From assembly GCA_964016885.1 (NCBI GenBank), contig OZ024743.1, positions 185,132,001-185,196,000 of the forward strand: 64,000 bases of DNA. The letters run 5' to 3'. Position 1 is the first letter of the stretch; every line of letters starts with the position of its first letter. The translations under genes were made by a program, and so were the position numbers. A model generated the notes under the pieces. That model was not told the origin of the DNA. It did no database searches and saw only the letters and a list, made by a program, of their open reading frames with translations. This document shows, in pieces, positions 24,401 through 37,294 of this stretch. This DNA comes from Eledone cirrhosa. Its lineage: Eukaryota.

Positions 24401-26913
24401 GTGCCAAAAATTGAAGCTTGAACCACATGGTTGTGAAGCCATTTAACCAAAGTCACTCCTGCACCTACTTTTATAATGGAATTTCTATTGTCATGGAACT
24501 GTTGGTATAGATGCTATGTTTGTATTGTTGATGATATTGCATTGTACATGAACACATCATAGCTGAATGTCTAAGAGTCTACTTCACAATCATTAGGTCC
24601 TGGATCGAATCCACTGTGCCATCTTGGCCAAACCCCATTCCCCATAGCCTTGGCTCAACCAATCTCTTATGAGTGAAATTGGATTGACAGAAACTGACTG
24701 GGGACTGTCAAATAGACTGTACTTATTAAATGACCAGCCTTATCACATAGTGTATCATACTGAATTTCCCTGAGAATTACATTAAGGGTACTGGTGAGTA
24801 TCCGGGTTAGAATAGATACACTATATCCCTGTGTGTTGTCAGAAGAGCATCCAGCTGTAAAACATTACTTCAAAAAGTCCCATTAAACCCATGCCAGCAT
24901 GGAAAAGTCGATGTAAAAATGATGATGGTTTGTCTGAGGAATGCTCAGTTACTTGTACGTTAATTTCATGAACAAGCTGTTCCATTGATTAAACCAGCAG
25001 AGGTCCATTCCATTGCATTTTACATCAGTCATCATCATTGTTTAACATCCATTTTCCCTGCTAGCAAGAGTAAGATATGTCGTCACTGACAGGTCAATAA
25101 TTAAATAGAGACACTGACCTCCAGGTGAGCTGAGAGACCACTGTATGATCCCTCATTCTACTGAGTACATTTTCTTGTGACACCAACACTAAGGAAGTTG
25201 TCATGTCCTTAGCATAGCTGAAGAATCCTCCCAACTCTTTGTTTAGCAGGTTTTCTACAGCTGAATACCCTTCCTATCACCAACCACTTCACAGAGTGTA
25301 CTGGGTGATCATTTATCATGTAGATCACTGACACCAGGGAGGTTGTTATATCCATGGCAGAGCTGAAGAGCCTTCCCTTTGTTTGGAAAGTTTTCTACTG
25401 CTGGATGCCCTTCCTATCACCAGAGTGTACTGTGTGATCATTTAGTATTTTATATTCATTGTAACATAAAATAGATCATGTGTACTAGCAGATGTATAAC
25501 ACTGTATAACATTTCCTTCACTTTTATCGCTGTATTCTTTATGTCAGTGTTAGATATTAATTATAAAGTTCTAATATATCTTTCCATAGTTCAAAAGAAG
25601 CCTACTATTTGCTTTCTAAAGATTAAAAAAGTCTGAAATGCCATCCACAGGACAAAACAAAGATAAATAGATGTTAAAAATACTTTTTTATTAGAGTGGT
25701 CGACTGGCAGAATCACATACTATGAGTTCACATCCTGTTATAGTCAACTTGGCTTTTCACTCATCTGAGGTCAATCAATCAAAGTACCAGTCAAGTACTA
25801 GGGTCAATTTAAATTTGCCCATCCCCCAAATTTGCTGGCCTTATGCCTAAATTAGAGATCAATATATTTATCCCTTATAATACTAAACTGCATGAAACCA
25901 CCCCTGGTTCTAAGTTATTAGAAAACTGCCTGTTTTAAAGTGTTTGTATTTATCTAAAAACCTTCCAGCACAATTTTATGTATGAAGCTTTTATTAAGTT
26001 GTGTCAAACACCAGTTTAATAATGAGAAAGTTAATTATAACACTAAACACCTTGAAATTCTGGTTTCTTTTCAAAATCAAAAGCAATGTCTTTCATTAGA
26101 AATATAGTAATGAAAGGGTTTAATACTTAGAATAATATAAAGCTAACTAGAAATTGGCATTATGCAGTTATACAAAAGACCAGCATTTCCTTGCATACAA
26201 ACTTAAACCTACAGTCAGAAAGCACTTCTTAACCCAATATACACCCCACCCCACACACCCTACTCCATCCTCTCATTTCTGTCCACTGTAAAGTGCTTGT
26301 GTAGGTGACAACAAAAAGCACCCAATCCACATTGTGAAGTGGTCATGTAGGAGACACCGTAAAAAGGCTCCCAGCCCACACTGTAAATATGGTTGGTGTT
26401 AGGAAGGGCATCCAGCCAGAGACAGTTCTGTATGAGCGAGACACGGTCTCCCGACCTATCGCGCCTCAAGTGGGACAAAACTGTCCAACCCATACAAGCG
26501 GGGAAGATGGACATTAAACGATGATGACAAATGAATATATTTTTTTTTTTCTTACTGTATATATATGATTAGTTAGCTTTCCAATGTTCCCCGTATTAAA
26601 TATATTAACATTAGCTAACCTATATTTGATACACAATGGTCTCTTAGTGTGTTCCATGTAAATTTCAAATTATCATCAGCATTTATTAAACATTAATGAA
26701 TAGTGGAACATTTTATGCCGTTTATTATTCATAACAATATCTATATTTAACATAAGGAGCTTCATAAAAAAATAGATAAATTTACCTTTGAAGAGTTGTG
26801 GGTGTATGTATTTGCACTCAAATATAAAATGCATACAGGAATGATTATGACTATATAAAAATAAACCTATATAGCTTTATATTAATTGACTTGAATGAAA
26901 TCCTAGAGATTGT

Positions 26914-27120
26914 CTAAGCTGAGGGCAGTTCAAAACCTGCCGCATAACGTCCAGTAACATGGTGGAAAATCTGCCTTTCAATGTCTCCTAAAAGTGAACT
27001 TGCACCTAATCTGAACAGATAAGGTTTTGTCCATTCATCTCCAAGCTCTTCTTTCATTAATGAGAGCCATGTACATGCATCCTTGGCTGAACGGATACCA
27101 CCAGCAGCTTTAAAGCCAAC
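26914..27120 (-). CDS. DERA: DERA coding exon 8 (last)
   Basis: TTTCAG acceptor; VGFKAAGGIRSAKD...FRLGASSLLGDIERQIFHHVTGRYAAGFELPSA*. Confidence 0.95.
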   Translation of the reverse strand, partial: VGFKAAGGIRSAKDACTWLSLMKEELGDEWTKPYLFRLGASSLLGDIERQIFHHVTGRYAAGFELPSA

Positions 27121-29048
27121 CTGAAATATTAGAAAAAGAATAACCAAAATTGTTAGTAAAGAATAGATTAAATTATTCCAAAACACATGCCACAAGAAGG
27201 AGCAATGGGATTTCCCACTAGTAATTTTTTAGGTAAGCAGCATAATCATGAGTGATAGCAAAGCTAAGACACTGAAATAACCAAGCACCCTAATACTTGG
27301 TAAGGCAAGCAGCCAAATCCGTCTTAATGTTGTCACTGGTTACACATGAGTGAACAGTGAATGCTCTGAGTTGCTCTAATAGGTTATATGTGACAAATAT
27401 CACTAACTGTGGATATTTTAACATTTGCAATTAGCTGAGAGAAGTAGACAAACATTTAGAATGTGGTGAGAAGAGCTGCATCTTGCATTCTTTTTATTCA
27501 ATCTTCAACTTGTTGGTGGCACAGAATCATCATCAGCACCATTTTTACATTGACTTTTCTATGCTAGCATGGGTTGGACTGGACTTTGTGAGGCAATCTT
27601 TTAAAGCTGGATGCCCTTCTTGACACAAAACATTTAATTGCGTCTTATGACATGCAACAATATGGTGTATCTATTCTAAGCTGGATACACACAGTAACAT
27701 TCAATGACTACATAGTTAAAACCATTTCATTTAATTAAAAACCTCTATGTAGTTACTCAACCTGTTAGAAATAGCAGCTGAATTTCCGTCCAATCTCACC
27801 TCATCTTAAACAAGCAAGGGCACATAAGTAAATGTATTCCTACATACTCTGAAAAAGACACAATAGTTATGGCTGCTTTCACTGAATCCTCCTTCAAGAC
27901 TTGGATTTTGAGCCAAACTTCCCTCTATCATTCTTACTCAAAAGGTGCTTCTGTTGGTTTGGTCAGGCACTCTGCTGCCCACAGGGTGAAAGCATCCACA
28001 ATGCAGTCATATCAGAGCCCCTCTCAGAATGCCATAAATGACAGACAGATGGATAGCTGAAAACATGAAGTGTCATGATCAAGTCATGATAAACCATATA
28101 TGGTATCTGCCATTGAAATCATGACTGGCTGACAATATTTGCATTAGATGTCTATGATCGCTATGTATGGGCAGCCAATGTTTGCAATATTTGCATTAGA
28201 TGTCTATGATCGCCATGTATGGGGAGCAATGCTGTAGATATACTGATTAGAGCCAGATCAATCCAACCTAGGTGAACACAGATATAAGTACAATTAAGTG
28301 TAAAAGGTTGATGACAGTTACAAGACATAAACAACAGAAGTGGTTGTTAAGTGTGCATTATAAATGTGAATATACACACACATAAACACGCATTACACAT
28401 ACACACACAATCATACATTACGTATACACACACACACATTACACATATATAAACAACCTTTTTTACAGTTTTGAGAAGAATTTGAATATTACTTATTCGA
28501 TCCATAAATAAACAAGTTTATCAAAAGTATTCTTCTTCTTTGCCCACTTATTCCTGGGAGGATCATGAGGACAGAATCCTCAGGAATACCTTCCTGAGTG
28601 TCCTACTAGAAGCAACCTTTCCAAATGACCAGGCTGGATCCCCAAGTGTGACCAATGGAACTCACAGATGTTATCCAACCATCTTCCTCATGTTCTACCA
28701 CTATGCTTCCTGCCTGTTGGCTTTGCCCATAAAATCTGTCCAGCAATTCTTTCCTTAAGTATTCTAACTACATGTCTGTAGTACCAAAGTTGTGATCTCT
28801 CAATTCGGAGAAGGAGCAGCTCTACCTAGAACAACTCCCTGGTTTCCAAGTTATACACCATATCGAGAACATTACTCCAAAAACTCTTCGGAGGAACCCC
28901 ATTTCAGCTGCTTGTAGTCTTTCGGTTATTCTCCAAGATTCATAACCATATGTAAGGGTAGGCATGAACACCGAATTGAAGATAATGTTGAAGATGTTTT
29001 CATTTTTTACATAAGAAATATCTATTAATAAAAAAATTTCTCTCTTGC

Positions 29049-29161
29049 CTTGAATCCAGTTTTTTGGTAATAGTCTCTGATTGCTCTGGCCATCACAATA
29101 CCAACTGCCAATGTAGCATTGACACTTTCTTTGCCAGTTGAAGTCTTTATGAAATCAGACC
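29049..29161 (-). CDS. DERA: DERA coding exon 7 (GC donor)
   Basis: CAG acceptor; GSDFIKTSTGKESVNATLAVGIVMARAIRDYYQKTGFK; donor AAG|GCAAGA. Confidence 0.9.
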
Positions 29162-29699
29162 CTGTGATGACAACAAAGATGGGAACATTGAGAGAGAGAG
29201 AGGGAGAGAATTGGCCCCAGTATTAGACTGGTACTTTTTTATAATGATCTCGAAAGGATGAAAGGCAAAATTGACTTTGACAGGATTTGAACTCAAAGTG
29301 CAAAGGGTCAGAACAAATACTGCCTACACTAACAGCAATATCATCATCATTGTTTTTATGTCCCTTTTTCCATGCCTGCATTGGTCCTTTTCAGCACACC
29401 CACTTTCCACTTACCTCGTTCCTTTGTCATCTCCTCTGTGAGTCATAGATTGGCAGAATTGGTAGAGCATCAGATAAAATGTTGCAGTATTTGTTCTGGC
29501 TCTTAACAATCTGAGTTCAAGTCCTGCCAAAGTCAACTTTGCTTTTCATCCTTCTGAGATCAATAAAATAAAGTAACAAAGTACTGGGGTTGATGTAAAC
29601 AACTTTCCCCTTCCCACAAATGTGTTGACCTTGTGCCTAAATTAGAAATCAATATATATTTTAAAGGTTTTAATCTGGAATTCTTTAGTACCATGTCTA

Positions 29700-30340
29700 C
29701 AATAATACAAGACATGGCTATCAAAGGTTGGTCTTCAGTTCAACATTGAAAAAATTAAAGTGATGCATATTTGGAACAACAACCAGTTCAGGTTGAAGAC
29801 CAGACATTGGAGATTGTTGAGACCTTCGTGTACTTGGGCAATAATATCACTAATGGTGACAACTTAGTAGAGAAGAGACTTGGCAAAACTGCAGCTATCT
29901 TCCACTGCCTGAAGCTTATATGGTCCAACTCCTCTATTAATCAAGGTACCAAACTCCTCATACACATATCAATTGTTGTACCAACTGTGATTTATGCTTG
30001 CGAAAATGTGGAAAAAGCCCAGCAGTTGTCTTCCACATCTTAAAACCACATCATGATTGAAGAGGTGATGGAAAAGGCTGGACTAAGTGTCCCATGGAAC
30101 ACCATTACTGCAAGTTCAGTCATGTGCTACGCATGTCCATTTGACCAGTGAGTGCCTCTCTAAACTGGAAACCAGAAGAGGGAGCATGGGAGGCAGGTAT
30201 ATCAAAACTTGATTGAAGACTGAGGACTGTGGAGGAGGACCTGGCAGGCATAGGCTTGGCCTAGAACAGGATTGTAACATAGCTTACAAACACACTGGGT
30301 GGAGATTTCTCATTGTCCAATTTTCCATAGGGGTCAGGAG
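29700..30340 (+). mobile_element. Decayed RTE-like LINE 3' fragment
   Basis: LEIVETFVYLGNNIT...KRLGKTAAIF..LKLIW...VPTVIYACE. Confidence 0.65.
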
Positions 30341-30371
30341 AAACAAACTAACAGTGAAGAAAATACTGTAC

Positions 30372-30500
30372 CTGCCATCATGCAGACTATAGATGCCTTA
30401 TAAACATTAACCATACTGCCAAGTTCTCCGACAGCTAAGATGGCTTTCATGTGAGCATCTCCACATGCTTCTTTCATTTTTTTCACCTCACAGTATACAC
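30372..30500 (-). CDS. DERA: DERA coding exon 6
   Basis: TTGCAG acceptor; VYCEVKKMKEACGDAHMKAILAVGELGSMVNVYKASIVCMMA; GTACAG donor. Confidence 0.95.
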
Positions 30501-30610
30501 CTGCAATTAAAAAAATAATTGAAACCCAAAATAAATAACCTGCATGAAGTCAAGAGTTTCTGAAGCCTCCATTGTTTATAGTGTATAATCCAATTTATAA
30601 CCCACTTTAA

Positions 30611-30831
30611 CCCGTTAACATTTACATTACTCTATATTTACTATCATATTTTCTTGGTAAAGGCTTTACATCACATAATTATCTCACATAATATCGAATC
30701 TATGAGATTTTAATATTATTTATTTTGAGAACAATACCTTAACATCAGTATGAACAGCTGGTTACAGCCAGTTTAAACAGAAAGAGGTGACAGAATTCTG
30801 GTCAGATACAGCCGGTTTAAATACTAAAGGG
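30611..30831. mobile_element. piggyBac-like MITE; inverted sister copy at 35067-35264
   Basis: TTAA|CCC...GGG|TTAA ends. The internal sequence is the reverse complement of 35067-35264, which is also TTAA-flanked. Confidence 0.7.
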
Positions 30832-32069
30832 TTAAGAAATCCATTTTATGATTGTCACCTCTGTCTATCTGTCATCTAAACACTGACAATGTAATTAAAT
30901 GTGTTTTTTTATTGTTTTCATTGACACTAGAATTCAGTAGTGCTGTCCTTCTGCAAAATTTTCTCTTTGCCACCCCCCACCCACATGCATGCGCACGTGT
31001 GTGTGTTTTACTAGTTGCTGAAAAGGTTATATCACAACAAATTAGGGACAGAATCAAGTTAAATGAGATGCAGTTTAATTTTATACCAGATATGGTGTCT
31101 ATGATGCTCTCGTTCTGGTGAAATAACTGCAGGAGAGGTACTTAGGTAAGCATACGCCACTGTACCTGGCATTTGTAGATCTGGAGAAGGCCCTCTGCAA
31201 GGTTTTCTATTTTGTAATCTGGTGGGCACTTAGGAAGCTAGGTGTAGACAAATGGCTTCTGGGGGCTGTGCAAGCCATGTATAAAAGTGTAACCAGCAAG
31301 ATGAGGGTTGGCAATGAGTACATATTGTAGTGGCACCACTTTATAGTGTGGATTTGGGATTTGGGTGGGGGAGATGCATGAAGATTGGAGAGGTAGATCT
31401 AAGGATGGGGTGATTATGTGGGAGGCAGATTGGAGGGAAGGTGGTGCATACTAGATGTATGCCTCAGACCCTGCGTATAGGGAGGCGAGTTTTTACTGCA
31501 TAGTGCCAGAGATCAGTCCTGTGTCATTGCCTTTGGGAGGTGCAATTATGCAAGGTCAGCTTTTATCACTTCATGCCAAGTCTTCCCACTCCATAGCTTC
31601 CATCAACTTGGAGCACTCTGCAGCTTTTTATACAGTTGTCATCTTTCATAAGCATCACATGCCCAAACCAACACAATCTCCTCTCCTACACACTGCATTT
31701 GATGCCTCTTATGCCTAATTTCTCTCAGTAGTAGTAATAACTTGGTAGAGATATCCAAGATGTAGATCAACTTAAACCCATGGGGTGTGTTTTAATATGT
31801 TATTATTATTAAGACCAGTATTACAACAAAGACATAACAGGAACACACGTTTTGTTGGCTGGACCAACCTTCATCCTGCAGTAGTTTGTCCCATAGAAAT
31901 TTCAAATTATCTTATATATATATATATCATTGTATACATGATGTGGTGCTTTTTCAAACCTATATTTAGCAGAAAGGTCTTAACTTCCATACCCTCTTTT
32001 TCCAAATTTCTCTATATTTCTGATTTCATCTAGTTCTTATTCTAATGTCACTAATAATTAACTTATGTT

Positions 32070-33817
32070 ATGTACTAAATGAGGAGAATAAATGGGAGAA
32101 AGACAGTCTCCCCCACATCGACCCAATAGAGGGACCGGCAGTGTTAGTCAAAGGTAGTATAATAAGTAAGGCAATCAAAGATATGAAGTTGGGTAAGGCG
32201 GCTGGGCCTTCGGAAATAGTTGCTGAGATGCTGAAAGCCTCTGGAACGGTGGGACACACCATGGTCACCCGGATAGTAAACCAAGTCATACAGAATGGGG
32301 TTGCTCCGAAGGACTGGCGTAGCAGCATCATCATTAACTGTTACAAGGGTAAAGGAGATGCCCTAGATAGGAGTAACTATAGAGGCATTAAATTAATCGA
32401 CCAGGTCATGAAGGTCACGGAAAAAGTAATAGCGCAACTAATCAGAGAGAGAATTATCTAGATGAAATGCAGTTCGGGTTTGTGTCAGGCAAAAGTACCA
32501 CAGACGCTCTTTTCATTGTACGTCAACTACAGGAGAAGTACCTAGCTAAAAGTAAACCCCTATACTTAGCTTTTGTCGACTTGGAGAAAGCCTTCGACAG
32601 AGTCCCCCGTTCCATTATCTGGTGGGCTCTTAGAAAACTAGGTGTTGACGAATGGCTTGTGAGAGCTATACAAGCCATGTATAAAGAAACAGTCAGCAAG
32701 GTTAGAATTAACAACGAATATAGTGAAGAGTTTAGCATAAAAGTTGGTGTTCATCAGGGCTCTGTTCTTAGCCCCCTACTATTTATTATTGCCCTTCAGG
32801 CTATAACAGTGGAGTTCAAGACCGGCTGCCCATGGGAACTCCTATACGCAGATGATCTAACACTTTCAATTGCGCAGAGGGTTCTATAGAAATAGTGGAC
32901 AGCTTCCGTTACCTGGGTGACAAAATCATCAGTGGGGAGGGTGCTCTGAAAGTACAGTAGCTAGAGTCAGAACTGGATGGAAAAAGTTCAGAGAGCTTAT
33001 ACCACTATTAGCCGCTAAAGGGTTCTCCCTAAAAATGAAAGGCAGGTTGTATGATGCCTGCATACGAACAGCAATGTTGCATGGCAGTGAGACCTGGGCA
33101 TTGTGTGCAGAGGATATACGCAGACTAGAGAGGAACGAAGCTTGCATGCTCCGCTGGATGTGTAATAGTAATATACGTGAACGGCAAAGCATAAACGAAC
33201 TAAGGGAAAAATTAGAAATAAGAGGAATCAGATGTTGTTTACTCGAGAGAAGGCTACGTTGGTATGGTCACGTGATGCGCATGAAAGACGACAGCTCTAT
33301 AAAAAAGTGCAGGGCAATAAAGATAGACGGTAGCCACGGAGTAGGCAGACCCAGAAAAACCTGGGACGACCTGATAAATTCCGACCTCACACACTTACAC
33401 CTCTCCAAGACAATGTCACTGGACCGAGACCTTTGGCGGTACTCAGTAATAGAGAAGACCTGCCTTACCTAAATACAAAGTAAAACCTACTACATCAGTA
33501 GGCATCTCTAACAAAATACCCCCCCCCCCCCCCTCCACCCCATCCACACCGCCCCTTTCAATGTAAAGTTATGTTGGTGCCACAACATCCAGGCCGAAAC
33601 AAATGAGGTCGTGTAGGAGTCACGACAAAAAAACACACAGTCCACGCTGTAATGTGGCCGTGTAGGCAACACGGTAAAAACCTCCCAGTCCCACACTGTA
33701 AATGTGGTTGGTGTTAGGAAGGGCATCCAGCTGTAGAAAACCCGCCACTCAAGTGGGAAAACTCCCGTCCAAACCCATGCAAGCGTGGAACATGGACGTT
33801 AAACGATGATGATGATG
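32070..33817 (+). mobile_element. 5'-truncated RTE-type LINE copy lacking the PHD segment
   Basis: Near-identical to ~38725-40835. In-frame stop at ~32460, a deletion after YADDL (~32860) and a (GAT)n tail. Confidence 0.92.
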
Positions 33818-34346
33818 AGTGCATTTTTCTCCAGAGAAGTACTCAGCATTCATAACTATCTAGCATGAAATCAATTTGGCTTGCATGCTCACTTGGTTGA
33901 TAGGTAATCAGCTGGCTGGCTGGTTTCCTAAGGTTAGTGATGCAAATAGACTTATCCCTTTTTATTTCCCAAGCAATATCTATAGCCCCTATAAATTCCG
34001 AAGTAGCTATCCTGGTGAGGACCAACATGTTCATTGACGTCACCAGCTAGGATGATGAAGTTGTTGTCATCTGTTATTGAAGTCATCTCTAAGAGTTCCT
34101 CATAGAAATGGTAGTCTGTCTCATTCTTTACTTAGTTATGTTACCATCCTATTGCCTATACCTATTCTGAGTTTGATGATTCTGTCATTTACTCTAACTA
34201 CCTATTTACTATTTCATTTGTAAATAAGTTATTGTATTGTGTTGTATAATAGATACTTTTATATCTTTAAGAAAACATTACAAATGTATATTCTAATTGA
34301 ATGTAAACTAAAACATTCACAAACTATTTCTTTAACAATAACTCAC

Positions 34347-34481
34347 CCTTCCAATTACCAGTAAGAGCTAGTTGTCGGTTGATGACAATGTCAATCTCTG
34401 TGGCCCCATCAGCAACAGCTTGTCTGATCTCTTGTAGACGGCTTTCTAGGGCATATTGTCCTGTAGGGAATCCAGTGGCCA
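34347..34481 (-). CDS. DERA: DERA coding exon 5
   Basis: CTCTTAG acceptor; VATGFPTGQYALESRLQEIRQAVADGATEIDIVINRQLALTGNWK; GTGAGT donor. Confidence 0.95.
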
Positions 34482-34807
34482 CTAAGAGAAGCATAAAAAA
34501 ATAATAATAGAATTGTTTTAAAAATGGAATGACAAAAAGTTTGAATAATTAAAAGGTATATTTGTTGTGCGCACATACTTGAGGAAGGACAAACCAAGAA
34601 GTCACATATTGCTACAACAACTCTGTTATCTGAGGATTTTATTTGGTTTAGAATAGGTACACTGTATCCCTGTGTGTTGTAAGAAGTGACTAAAAAGGAT
34701 GATGTCAGTTAGAGTATCCAGGTGTAAAATATTATCTCAAAAAAACCCGTCCAACCCATGCCAGCATGGAAAATTTGACATAAAAATGATGATGATGACA
34801 TGCTCAC

Positions 34808-34906
34808 CAGATGCGACTTGGATATTTAACGCTTTTGCTTTCTTCAGAGCTTTGATGCAATCAGCCACTCGATTGGGGTAAACACATACAGCAGCAATTG
34901 TAATAT
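34808..34906 (-). CDS. DERA: DERA coding exon 4
   Basis: TTTTAG acceptor; DITIAAVCVYPNRVADCIKALKKAKALNIQVAS; GTGAGC donor. Confidence 0.95.
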
Positions 34907-36169
34907 CTAAAAAACAACAATCAAAATATTTACTGCACAATTATAAAATAACAACAACATAATAAAAATAGAACCAAAATTAATGTTGTAAGTAATTTGA
35001 AAGAAGAGAAAGTAAAGTTAATGTTATATATTTAAGAGTTGCAGATTTAACAAAGGTAAGGTTTAACCCTTTAGCATTTAAAGTAGCCGTATCTGACCAG
35101 AATTCTCTTACCTCTGTCTGTTCAAACTGGCCGCTCATACTTATGTTCAGGTATTGTTCTCAAAATAAGTAATATCAAAATCTCATAGCTTCGATATTAT
35201 GTTAGATAAAGCCTTAACCATGAAAATATAATAGTAAATATACAGTAATGTAAATGCTAAAGAGTTAAGGGTAATAAAATCTAAAGAAGTTGGTAATATC
35301 TTCTTATTTTAATAACTTTAAAGGTGTATTTGATGAGATTCTAAATTCTACGTAAATTATTTAAAATATTCTTTGATGTTCAAAACCAAATTCTTCTGAA
35401 TCTATATATTTTTAGCTATTAAACCTAATATTTATTTCTCTGATATTATTTTCAACAGTAGCAGAGAAAGGTTTAAAGTTAAGTCACAGATTGTGACTAT
35501 GGACATAGTCTAGGGAGGTTTATCATGTCATAAATATTGTTCATAATCATCATCACTGTTTTACATATATTTTCCATGCTTGCATGGGTTAGACAGATTG
35601 TCACTTTCTGAGACTTAACAGGCCAGATGACCGAGTCTTGCTCATACATTCCATTTTGGCATGGTTTCAACAGATAGATGCCCTTTCTAATGCCAACCAC
35701 TTCAGTGTGTACTGACTTCATTTTCTTGTGGTGCCACCACTACAACCTGACAGGGTGAACAAGGAGCTTTTTTCTTGGAACCAGCAATCCACTTTACAAT
35801 TTATGTAAAACTTCATTATCTTCTCCATTACTTATTTCAGATCCCAATTATTAAAATTAGAAAGAAATATTAGGTTACATTTAGCTAGAAAATTAAATTG
35901 TATACTTAGGAATAAATTGTGTATCTAGGAATATCTATAAACTATTTCCAAATACATGGTAGAGGTATACCAAAGAAAACCCAGGTGGAGGTGATAAGAG
36001 CTATCGCAAATCACTGAGACTCACAGAGGAAATCATGAAGGAACATGAGGAATGGAGAGATGCTGAGCTGAAAAGGACTCATCTAACCCATGCAAGCATG
36101 GAAAAACATGTAAAAACTATGATGATGGGAAAAGCGGTGTAAAGTTGAAGAGACAATATGTCAACCTAC

Positions 36170-36317
36170 CTTTGTCAAGCATTGAAAGGCTCTTGAGTAA
36201 ACTACTCTGGATTGGATCTCTTGCTTTAAAACAGAGTCTCTCAACATTGGAGTATGTATCATCACCAGCTAAAGTGGTCAAATCTATACAGGTAACAGCC
36301 CTTAGCAGCCAGGCAGC
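36170..36317 (-). CDS. DERA: DERA coding exon 3
   Basis: TTTCAG acceptor; AAWLLRAVTCIDLTTLAGDDTYSNVERLCFKARDP...MLDK; GTAGGT donor. Confidence 0.95.
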
Positions 36318-36599
36318 CTGAAAGTCATAGTAGATATTGTTTTATAACACCATTTAAAGATAAGATCAAACATAGAATTATTAACATTATAATAATTGCT
36401 TTCTCTGTCTATCTGACAAAACCAGATGCTGATGAAATAACCAAATCATTCATTGTTGTGATTTTCAATGATGTCAGCATTCTGTCTGCTAACAGTTGAG
36501 TAGTTATTTGTACTAGTTTCTGTCATATTTCTCTTTTCTTCTTTATTAGGCTGTTGTGATTTGCCCAGCCTATTTGCTTCACTTTCGTCTTCACTGTAT

Positions 36600-36733
36600 G
36601 TACATATATATATATATTCATGCATATATATATATAGATATATATATACATATATATATATATTCATGCATATATATATATAGATATATATATACATATA
36701 TATATATATATTCATGCATATATATATATATAG

Positions 36734-36778
<45 letters not shown>

Positions 36779-36880
36779 CATATATATACATATATATACA
36801 TATATGTATATACATATATTCATACATATATATATATACATATATTCATACATATATATATATATATACATATATAAAAT
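36600..36880. repeat. Interrupted (TA)n array; similar arrays at ~46400-46780, 47290-47730, 48375-48455, 58075-58130, 59565-59650 and 60215-60290
   Basis: Seen directly. Confidence 0.95.
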
Positions 36881-37294
36881 ATAAATAAGAAAATATAAAT
36901 AAGAAAATATAAATAAACCTGTAGTGAGGTAAGAATCCCAGAATTTGTCAACGCTCAAAAATGGTGAGACCTCGTTCCTGCGAATTATAATGTAAATGCC
37001 ATTTTTCTGATCTCTCTCCAGCCTATCGGTTCATTCATTCATATTTATTCTATTCTATAATTCTGTCTGGTTGTTTCTAAATAATCTTCTTGTATTTTTA
37101 ACTATATTTTTAACTACCCCACTTTGCTAACTACCCCATACCCCACCTTATTATTTGGACCAATCACAAGTCAACAGCCTATGCTATCACTTCCGGCTGC
37201 TTTTCGATATGATGGATGGACTAAGGAATTTCTGGAGAGTCTGAAGAATCTGGACACTCGATGACAATGCAAAAGATAACGACAAATTCACCTC

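Noticed and set aside
24025-24410. Short tandem duplications, also at ~28130-28235, considered as CRISPR-like arrays
   Set aside because: Head-to-tail units without unique spacers in animal DNA; no cas genes.
27121-27195. N-terminus of the 93-aa ORF (MWHVFWNN...)
   Set aside because: Intronic polypyrimidine tract upstream of the DERA last-exon acceptor.
36446-36958. YI-repeat ORFs here and at 47208-47617, 57927-58250, 58930-59506 and 60094-60414
   Set aside because: Translations of (TA)n and (CA)n microsatellites.
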